Made by a program: the position numbers and the translations under genes. A stretch of DNA of 57,653 nt from a bacterium (lineage in GTDB: Bacteria > Bacillota_I > Bacilli_A > RFN20 > CAG-826), in contig CAVGXP010000029.1 of the NCBI GenBank assembly GCA_963633165.1, positions 1 through 57,653 on the forward strand. Direction: 5' to 3'. Positions 47,546 to 54,468 of the stretch are shown here, piece by piece. The stretch's first letter is position 1. Each line of letters opens with the position of its first letter. The notes beneath the pieces were generated by a model. It did no database searches and was not told where the DNA came from. It saw nothing but the letters and a program-made list of their open reading frames with translations.

Positions 47546-48733
47546 TTAGAAATAATGGATTTGGACGTTTTTCCCGAGTGCCTTCAAACTTTGCGAAAGG
47601 CGCTCGATGATCTGCATCTTCATTTTGAAGGTGATGGGGCTATCGGGGGATTGATGGGCGGGATTGACCGCGCAGCCACAGTCGATGAGGATGTCGCTAG
47701 ATTCCTCAAGCAAGGATTTGGCGAGCAGGCTCGCCCCGTCTTGCCGATAGCTCCAGGTGAAATAGAGGTGATTTGAGGAGGCGTAATCCTCGACGTAAGA
47801 GAGGACTTTGTTGAGGGTGATGATGCCTTCGGTGGCGAGGTCGACGCCTTTGATAATCGAATAAGGGGGGACTTCTGGATCTTCTGAGTCAAGCCTCCCC
47901 TCCACCTCGCTTCCTAGATAAGAGGCGACGAGGCGACATGTCGTGCCTCCGCAGACGATGTGCTTGCCGCTACTAGCGAAGAAGGAAGAGAGGATTTGCT
48001 CATCCTCCTCTTTCCGGCTTGGCGGCCCGACGAGGAGGTTCGTCTTCATCCTTCCCCTTTTCTTAAGCACTAGGGCGGTGCAATCATCGCCAGGGTTGCG
48101 GTTATAGAGTTCGTCGGCTTTCTCTAATAGCACCGTGGCCAGGCTTTTGGAGGAGAGAAGGGAGGAATCGTTTCGCTCTAAGAAGGCATCTATTTCCTCC
48201 TCCCCCCAGCCGAAGTTCAGGCTCTCGCCGATCCCAGCGTGGACGACGCCATCGCTATATAGGCATAAGGTGGAGTCTAGGCCAAGATAGAAGGAGGCTT
48301 TCTTTATCGTCTTGCCCCCGACTAGAGAGGTCTCGTAAGCAAGAGGCACTTTCTTCCCCTGCCTAAGAAAAGCGGGCTCGGGGTTATCGAAGTTATAGAT
48401 GAGCCCGGTGTCGTCAGGGTTGATTTTCACCAAAGTAAAGGTGCTGTAGGCGACGTTCCCGCGGCTTTTGGATACGGGCAGGGTTTTGGCTAGGCTGAGG
48501 ACGCCTTCTTCTATCCCCACCCCTCCTTCGATCATTTGGCAAAGCATAGTGGAGGTGAGGGTGGACAAAATGCTCGCCTCAACCCCCGACCCGATGCCAT
48601 CGGCAAGGACGAGGGTCAATGACCCATCCTTGCCTTGGACCATCTTGACATGGTCGCCGCAGAGCTCTTCGCCTTTGTGATTGAGGGAAAGATAGCCAAC
48701 CTCAAGATAGCCCTCCTGCTCATTTGGCTCCAT
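47546..48733 (-). CDS. SpoIIE/PP2C-family serine phosphatase with an uncharacterised roughly 180-aa C-terminal domain (HfsC-like position)
   Basis: N-terminal GDHV...LADGIGSGVEASILS...GDDCTALVLK PP2C pattern. The ATG overlaps the HydS 3' end by 14 nt. Confidence 0.8.
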   Translation of the reverse strand: MEPNEQEGYLEVGYLSLNHKGEELCGDHVKMVQGKDGSLTLVLADGIGSGVEASILSTLTSTMLCQMIEGGVGIEEGVLSLAKTLPVSKSRGNVAYSTFTLVKINPDDTGLIYNFDNPEPAFLRQGKKVPLAYETSLVGGKTIKKASFYLGLDSTLCLYSDGVVHAGIGESLNFGWGEEEIDAFLERNDSSLLSSKSLATVLLEKADELYNRNPGDDCTALVLKKRGRMKTNLLVGPPSRKEEDEQILSSFFASSGKHIVCGGTTCRLVASYLGSEVEGRLDSEDPEVPPYSIIKGVDLATEGIITLNKVLSYVEDYASSNHLYFTWSYRQDGASLLAKSLLEESSDILIDCGCAVNPAHQSPDSPITFKMKMQIIERLSQSLKALGKNVQIHYF

Positions 48734-50411
48734 CTCCGCCCCCTTTCTTCTCCTTGAGGGCGTTAGAGAGGGCGGTCAGGGCTATTTTGGTGCTGGCGGC
48801 GGATTCCCCAAGCAACTGGGCGATCTGCTGGACGGTCTCCATGTTCTTCTCGATGACCTCGGAAGTGACTTTAGCGGTCCTTTCAGCGTCTTCGAGGTGC
48901 CTTTTCTTCCTCATCTCATGGTCGGTGACGTCGCGCAAGGAGGCGATGATGATGTGATATTTCTGATCGTAATGGATGGTGGCCTCGGCGATCCTGCCGT
49001 TGCTTAGTTCCATTTTCCTAAGATGCGTGCTTTGTCCCGACAAAGCCAAACAGAATAATTCGGGATCGATGAAATCGGAGACGTTATGCCCGATTAAGGC
49101 GCTGGGAGAGCCAACTTTTAGCAGCCCCGCCATCGCCGGGTTGGAAAGCTGGATGATGCAATCCTCGTTCAAGACGAGGATCCCATTTGGTGAATATTCC
49201 ACCACATCGCTTCCTAAGCTTACGGCTTTCTCGCTTAGATAAGGCAGGCACATCTCTAGGTTGGCTTTCCCTAGAATCACGGCTTTGGCCTTTTCCCGGC
49301 AGGAGGGATATCCGCAGCAAGAGCAGTTGAGCTCGTCTTTTTTGCTGGCTTTTCCGATCTGCCTAAGCACCTCTTCTATCTCTTCTTCGGAGATTTGCCT
49401 GCTCTCCCTATGGAGGTTAGGGAAATCCTTGATCAAATCTTTAGAAGATAAAGCCGCGGTTTGGAAATCCTCGTTTCCAGCGAAGTTCCTAAGATCGACC
49501 AGGCTTTGCAAAGGGCCGCAATGGCCCTTGCTTGCAGCAGGGCCGCCCAAGCAAGAGCCCGGGCACATGCTTAGTTCGAGGAATGCCCGGTGGATCTTCC
49601 CCGAAGAGGCTTCTTCCAAAGCCTCCATGCAATGCGTAGATCCCGACAAAGCGAGGTAGGAATAGCCCTCTTTCCTGCGCTTCATGGAGGAGATGATGCC
49701 TCCTTCGCTAGGGAAGAGGCGAGTCAAGGAATGGCTCTGCTTTTTCTCGCCGAGGGGCGAAAGAGAAACCTTATGGCGTGAAAGAAGCTCCTCAAGCTCT
49801 AAGAAAGTCAGCACGCAATCGGGGCCATTAGAATCCGTATCGGCTTCGACTTTTTTGGCGATGCAGGGGCCGATGAAGATGACTTTGCATCCTGGATGCT
49901 CTTTTTTAAGCATCCTGGCGTGGGCCTCCATGGGGGAAGGCACTTTGGCTAGATAAGGCAAAAGCGAAGGAAAGCGTTTCTGAATCAAAAGATTAAGACT
50001 GGGGCAGCAACTCGAGATGAGGATGTCTGGAGACTCCTCAAGGAGGCGTTCGTATTCCTCTTTGACAGTTTTAGCGCCCCTAGCGGTCTCCTCCACCCCT
50101 ATAAAGCCAAGCTTTCTTAGCCCTTCTTCCATCCCTTCTAATCCGACGCCAGGGAAAGAAGAGATGAAACTAGGGGCCAAGGAGGCGTAGCAATTCCCCT
50201 CTTTCAATAAGGACGAGGCCAAGGAGGTGTCGTCTCTGATCTTCTTGCATCCCTGCGGGCAAATGGAAAAGCAACGTCCGCAATAGACGCAGTCTTCAGG
50301 GATGATTGAAGCCCTTCCATCGGAAAAAGCGATGGCTTTGTTGGGGCAGGCGCGGATGCATTTGTAGCAGCTGCGGCAATCGTTGGTGAGGCTTAGCAAG
50401 GCATCGTTCAT
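48720..50411 (-). CDS. hydS: Putative sensory [FeFe]-hydrogenase homologue with PAS domain (HydS/HfsB-like)
   Basis: Two ferredoxin motifs (CRSCYKCIRAC, CVYCGRCFSIC). H-domain motifs SSCCPS, IGPCIAKK and ELSMCPGSCLGGP. A Cx2Cx4Cx16C motif (NCSCCGYPSC...C) and then a PAS-like C-terminus. Start at ATG 50411 with GGAGG 9 nt upstream. Confidence 0.8.
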   Translation of the reverse strand: MNDALLSLTNDCRSCYKCIRACPNKAIAFSDGRASIIPEDCVYCGRCFSICPQGCKKIRDDTSLASSLLKEGNCYASLAPSFISSFPGVGLEGMEEGLRKLGFIGVEETARGAKTVKEEYERLLEESPDILISSCCPSLNLLIQKRFPSLLPYLAKVPSPMEAHARMLKKEHPGCKVIFIGPCIAKKVEADTDSNGPDCVLTFLELEELLSRHKVSLSPLGEKKQSHSLTRLFPSEGGIISSMKRRKEGYSYLALSGSTHCMEALEEASSGKIHRAFLELSMCPGSCLGGPAASKGHCGPLQSLVDLRNFAGNEDFQTAALSSKDLIKDFPNLHRESRQISEEEIEEVLRQIGKASKKDELNCSCCGYPSCREKAKAVILGKANLEMCLPYLSEKAVSLGSDVVEYSPNGILVLNEDCIIQLSNPAMAGLLKVGSPSALIGHNVSDFIDPELFCLALSGQSTHLRKMELSNGRIAEATIHYDQKYHIIIASLRDVTDHEMRKKRHLEDAERTAKVTSEVIEKNMETVQQIAQLLGESAASTKIALTALSNALKEKKGGGDGAK

Positions 50412-50433
50412 AGGGGTGAACCTCCAAGGTGTC

Positions 50434-50456
50434 AAAAAGGGCCTGCACGCAGGCCC
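50434..50456 (-). terminator. Intra-cluster intrinsic terminator/attenuator between the [2Fe-2S] gene and hydS
   Basis: Minus strand GGGCCTG-CGTG-CAGGCCC followed by TTTTTGA. It lies 8 nt after the upstream stop and just before the hydS Shine-Dalgarno. Confidence 0.55.
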
Positions 50457-50463
50457 GATCGGA

Positions 50464-50721
50464 CTAGCCTAAAAGCGGAAGGACTTCCTCTTCAATGAAG
50501 CTCTTGGCCTTTTCGGGGGTGAGTCCGGAGACCACCTTGCCCCCTACTTTGACCGAAACGCCATCGCAGGCACAAGGACCGAGGCAAAAAGCGGCTTTGA
50601 GCTCGATCTTCTCCTGCAAATGGGCGTCCTCGATCTGTTGGCGCAGAGCGTCGATGAGTTGCCGGGAGCCCTTGAGGTGGCAAGAGCTCCCGACGCAGAC
50701 GGCAAGTTCGATTTTATCCAT
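50464..50721 (-). CDS. Thioredoxin-like [2Fe-2S] ferredoxin (NuoE/HfsA-like)
   Basis: 85 aa with cysteines in VCVGSSCHLKG and FCLGPCACDG. The ATG shares one nucleotide with the adhE TAA (TAATG). Confidence 0.7.
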   Translation of the reverse strand: MDKIELAVCVGSSCHLKGSRQLIDALRQQIEDAHLQEKIELKAAFCLGPCACDGVSVKVGGKVVSGLTPEKAKSFIEEEVLPLLG

Positions 50722-53366
50722 TAGTTCCCTTTGTAGGCGTCTTTCATGATCTGGATCATGTCCTCGACCATGGGCTCACGGGGGTTGCACGGGGTGCATT
50801 GGTCTTCGTAAGCCAAATACGCCAGCTCCTCTAGATGCTCATTATAGTTCTTTTCGTCGGGAATGATGGACTGGAAGTTCATATCGATGCCGATTTCCTT
50901 GCCAAGGTCCAAAACGGCTTTGGCGAGGTTGGCGGTGCCTTCCTCCGGCGTATCGGCTTTGATGCCAAGGACGCGGCAGATGTTCTGGTACTTCTTATCG
51001 GCTTGGTATTCCTCATACTTTGGCCAAAGAGCGAGCTTAGTCGGCTGAGTACCGTTGTATCTGATGACGTGAGGCAGCAAGATGCCGCAGGTCTGGCCGT
51101 GGATGGTGTGGAATTCTCCGCCCATCTTATGGGCTAAGGAGTGAACCAAACCAAGGAAGGAATTGGCGAAGGCCATGCCGGCGATGGTCGCGGCATTATG
51201 CATCTTCTCCCTGGCTTTGAGGTCGTTCTTCCCGTCTTTGACGGCGCGGGGGAGGTACTCGAAGACCAACTTAATGGCCTCAAGGCAGAGCCCATCGGTG
51301 AAGTCGCTGGCCATGACGGAGGTATAGGCTTCGATGGCGTGGGTGAGGACGTCCATGCCGGTGTAGGCCGTGGAGCGAGGAGGAATGTTGGTGGTGAATT
51401 CGGGATCGACGATGGCCACGGAGGGGGTCAAGGAATAGTCGGTAAGAGGATATTTCTTGAGGTTGGCCTTGTCGGAGATGACGGCGAAGGGCGAGACTTC
51501 GCTGCCGGTGCCCGAGGTGGTCGGGATGCAGATAAGTTTGCTCTTCCTGCCGAGTTCTGGATATTTGAAGGCCCTCTTGCGGATGTCCATGAACTTCTGC
51601 TTGAGGTCGTTGAAGTCGACTTCGGGGTGCTCATAGAAGATCCACATGCCTTTGGCGGCGTCCATGGCGGAGCCTCCACCAAGAGCGATGATGGTGTCGG
51701 GCTGGAATTCCTTCATGAGGGCGACGCCGCGGTTAACGGTGGAAAGATCGGGATCGGGTTCGACCTCATCGAAGAGTTGGTAGGTGACCGGGTTGCGGCG
51801 AAGAGCCAATTGGTCGGTGACTTTCTTAAGGAAGCCGAGCTGGACCATCGAATGGTCGGTGACGATGAAGACCTTATCGACGTCTTTGGCGGATTTGAGG
51901 TATTGGATCGAATTGCGTTCGAAATAGATCTTCTGCGGAACCTTGAACCACTGCATAGTATTTCTCCTCTTGCCTACTTTCTTGATATTGAGCAAATTGA
52001 TGGCCGAGATGTTGCCGGCGACCGAGTTGTGGCCATAAGAGCCGCATCCCAAGGTCAAAGAAGGGAGGAAGGAATTGTAGACGTTGCCGATGCCGCCGAA
52101 GGTGGAAGGCGAATTCCAAACGATGCGGATGGCTTTGACTTTGTCGCCGAAAGCATCAGACATCGCCTGCTCTTTGCAGTGGATGGCCGCGGTGTGGCCC
52201 AAACCGCCGAATTCGAGCATCTGCTCGCACATGGCGAAGCCTTCTTCGGCCCCTTTGACTTTATAGACGGCGAGGACTGGGGAGAGCTTTTCTCTAGAAA
52301 GGGGCTCAGCGGGGCCGACTTTGCTGCATTCTGCAGCGATGATCTGGCACCCTTCGGGGATTTCGAATCCCGCGTTTTTGGCGATGTTTTTGGCGCTCAT
52401 CCCCGCGACGGCGGGGTTGAGTTTGGCGGATTCGACGTCTTTGTCGCCTTTGCTGACGCCGAACATGAATTTCTCAAGGGCGCGGGCTTCTTTCTCGGAA
52501 GCGAAATAGACGCGGTATTTCTCTAGCATCGCCTTGGTCTCGGCATAGATTGCCTCGTCGACGAAGATGGCGGATTCGGAGGCGCAGATCATGCCGTTGT
52601 CGAAGGATTTGGACAAAACGACGTCATTGACGGTCTGGGGGATGTCGGCGGAGCGATCGATGTAGCAAGGCACGTTTCCGGCCCCGACGCCCAAAGCGGG
52701 TTTGCCGCAGCTATAGGCGGCTTTGACCATGGCGTTGCCACCGGTGGCGAGGATGGTCGCCACGCCAGGATGGTTCATCAAAGCGCTGGTGGCCTCCATG
52801 GAGCCGTGTTCGATCCACTGGATGCAGTTCTTCGGAGCCCCGGCGGAAACGGCGGCGTTTAGCATGACGGTCGCGGCTTCTTTGGAGCAATGGAAGGAAG
52901 AGGGATGGAAAGAGAAGATGATTGGGTTGCGTGTCTTGATGGCGATCAAAGACTTGAAGATGACGGTCGAGGTCGGGTTGGTGACCGGGGTGATGCCGGC
53001 GACGACGCCGACGGGCTCGGCGATCTCGGTGATGCCGGTGACGGGATCGTCGGAGATGATGCCGACGGTCTTGGTGTGGCGCATGTTGTTGACGACGTAT
53101 TCGCAGGCGAAGAGGTTCTTGGTGGCTTTGTCCTCAAAGACGCCGCGCTTGGTCTCTTCGATGGCCATCCTGGCTAAAGAGCCGTGATGATCGAGTCCGG
53201 CGACGGACATTTTGGCAACGATAAAATCGATTTTCTCCTGATCGTAGGTGGCGAATTCGTCGAGGGCCTTCAAGCCTTTCTTGACGAGCTCATCGACTTC
53301 CTTCTGGGCCGCTTCCTTTTTGGCGGCGAGCTCTTCCGGGGTCGGAAGCTTTTTCGTTTCTGCCAT
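50721..53366 (-). CDS. adhE: Bifunctional acetaldehyde-CoA/alcohol dehydrogenase
   Basis: 881 aa with an N-terminal ALDH domain and a C-terminal Fe-ADH domain (GGGSAMDAAK). The Shine-Dalgarno AAGGAGG lies in the last codons of rex. Confidence 0.95.
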   Translation of the reverse strand: MAETKKLPTPEELAAKKEAAQKEVDELVKKGLKALDEFATYDQEKIDFIVAKMSVAGLDHHGSLARMAIEETKRGVFEDKATKNLFACEYVVNNMRHTKTVGIISDDPVTGITEIAEPVGVVAGITPVTNPTSTVIFKSLIAIKTRNPIIFSFHPSSFHCSKEAATVMLNAAVSAGAPKNCIQWIEHGSMEATSALMNHPGVATILATGGNAMVKAAYSCGKPALGVGAGNVPCYIDRSADIPQTVNDVVLSKSFDNGMICASESAIFVDEAIYAETKAMLEKYRVYFASEKEARALEKFMFGVSKGDKDVESAKLNPAVAGMSAKNIAKNAGFEIPEGCQIIAAECSKVGPAEPLSREKLSPVLAVYKVKGAEEGFAMCEQMLEFGGLGHTAAIHCKEQAMSDAFGDKVKAIRIVWNSPSTFGGIGNVYNSFLPSLTLGCGSYGHNSVAGNISAINLLNIKKVGKRRNTMQWFKVPQKIYFERNSIQYLKSAKDVDKVFIVTDHSMVQLGFLKKVTDQLALRRNPVTYQLFDEVEPDPDLSTVNRGVALMKEFQPDTIIALGGGSAMDAAKGMWIFYEHPEVDFNDLKQKFMDIRKRAFKYPELGRKSKLICIPTTSGTGSEVSPFAVISDKANLKKYPLTDYSLTPSVAIVDPEFTTNIPPRSTAYTGMDVLTHAIEAYTSVMASDFTDGLCLEAIKLVFEYLPRAVKDGKNDLKAREKMHNAATIAGMAFANSFLGLVHSLAHKMGGEFHTIHGQTCGILLPHVIRYNGTQPTKLALWPKYEEYQADKKYQNICRVLGIKADTPEEGTANLAKAVLDLGKEIGIDMNFQSIIPDEKNYNEHLEELAYLAYEDQCTPCNPREPMVEDMIQIMKDAYKGN

Positions 53367-53368
53367 TG

Positions 53369-54013
53369 TTATTTTTCCTCCTTGGCAAGTTCGACGTTGA
53401 GGCGGTGGCTAAGCACCGCTAGTGACGAAGCGAGATTGACGTTTTCGACGACCACTCCTTCCTTCACCTCCAATTGGACGGGGGCGAAGTTCCAGATGGC
53501 CTTGGCGCCAGAAGCGATGGCGAGATCGCACACGCCTTGGGCGTAGCTGGCGGGGACGGTGAGGATGGCGATGTTGGCTTTCAATTGGCCCATGAGTTCG
53601 GGGAGCCTGTCCACGGGGAAGACCATCTTGCCCCCGAGCGTCTTGTTGACGAGCTCAGGGTTGGAGTCGAATCCCGCAAGGATCTGAAGGCCCATTTCCT
53701 CGAATGCGGGGAAATTGAGCAAGGCGCCTCCAAGGTGGCCGCAACCGATGAGAACGGCGCTGGCGGCTTCGTGGTAGCCCAGGAATGATTCGAGATCTTC
53801 CACCAGCTGCTTGACGCTTCTACCTTTCTTCGGCCTTCCGGCTTCTAGAGATACGGCTTGAAGGTCTTTGCGGACCTGTTCCTCGCTGTAGCCTAGCTTT
53901 GCGGCGATGCGCGGAGAGGAAACAAATTCCACTCCCTCGCTCAGCAGTTCCTTAAAATATTTAAGGTATATAGGGTAACGGCCGAGTTGATTGTTTGAGA
54001 ACTTATTAGTCAT
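53369..54013 (-). CDS. rex: Redox-sensing transcriptional repressor Rex
   Basis: Winged-helix N-terminus (YPIYLKYFKELL...VSS..IA) and the Rossmann motif LIGCGHLGGALLN. Start at ATG 54013 with AAGGAGAG upstream. Confidence 0.9.
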   Translation of the reverse strand: MTNKFSNNQLGRYPIYLKYFKELLSEGVEFVSSPRIAAKLGYSEEQVRKDLQAVSLEAGRPKKGRSVKQLVEDLESFLGYHEAASAVLIGCGHLGGALLNFPAFEEMGLQILAGFDSNPELVNKTLGGKMVFPVDRLPELMGQLKANIAILTVPASYAQGVCDLAIASGAKAIWNFAPVQLEVKEGVVVENVNLASSLAVLSHRLNVELAKEEK

Positions 54014-54403
54014 GGTCTCTCCTTTCGCTAATCCTTTACCGAAAAGAATACTATGCGCATGAATGTATAAAATCAATGAAAAAGTATTTTTTTACCGTTA
54101 TACTCATTATAGAAATCAGTAATTTTCAGTCGGTATAACGTTAATTGCGAATTGTTGCCTTTTCATCGATGGTTTTTGTAAGGGGTTTCAATGAAAATGG
54201 AAGCGCTTACTACTGCATTTTCAAGTCAAGATAGATGCCTAAAATATTTTTTATTGACGTTTTTTACGCATTCGTTTTTATTTCATGTCTTTTTTATTTT
54301 CCCCGTTTTATCGATATGTTTTTGTTTCAACTGTTATACATTTCCTCTGAAAGAAATAACGATATTACCGGTATCACTTTCCAAACCGCCTTTATATCGG
54401 TAA

Positions 54404-54443
54404 AGAAAAAAACGCGTTAGGTAGAACGAGGTTCCTAACGCGT
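54404..54443 (-). terminator. Intrinsic terminator after the surface-protein gene
   Basis: Minus strand ACGCGTTAGG-(12-nt loop)-CCTAACGCGT followed by TTTTTTTCTTT, 25 nt after the stop. Confidence 0.7.
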
Positions 54444-54468
54444 CTTTGTCATTTCCAGCAAAAGAGGC

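Noticed and set aside
51141-52526. A 461-aa plus-strand ORF antisense to adhE. Similar long antisense ORFs occur at 2942-3751, 12863-13747, 44210-44842, 46189-46734 and 22480-23088.
   Set aside because: These are typical shadow ORFs on the opposite strand of GC-rich third-position genes. They are G/D/V/F-rich, have no Shine-Dalgarno sequence, and fully overlap genes with clear family motifs.
54130-54160. A possible Rex operator (TCGATGAAAAGGCAACAA) upstream of rex.
   Set aside because: It matches the palindromic Rex consensus at only about 9 of 14 half-site positions. That is not distinguishable from chance without a PWM scan.
54247-54323. Periodic T-tracts, which suggested intrinsically curved DNA.
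   Set aside because: The measured spacing between tract starts is 13, 15, 15, 16 and 13 bp. This is not in phase with the 10.5-bp helical repeat, so I cannot support strong static curvature.
54191-54420. Two overlapping plus-strand ORFs of 60-70 aa, rich in Phe.
   Set aside because: They are products of T-tracts in an AT-rich intergenic region. They have no ribosome-binding site and an implausible composition.
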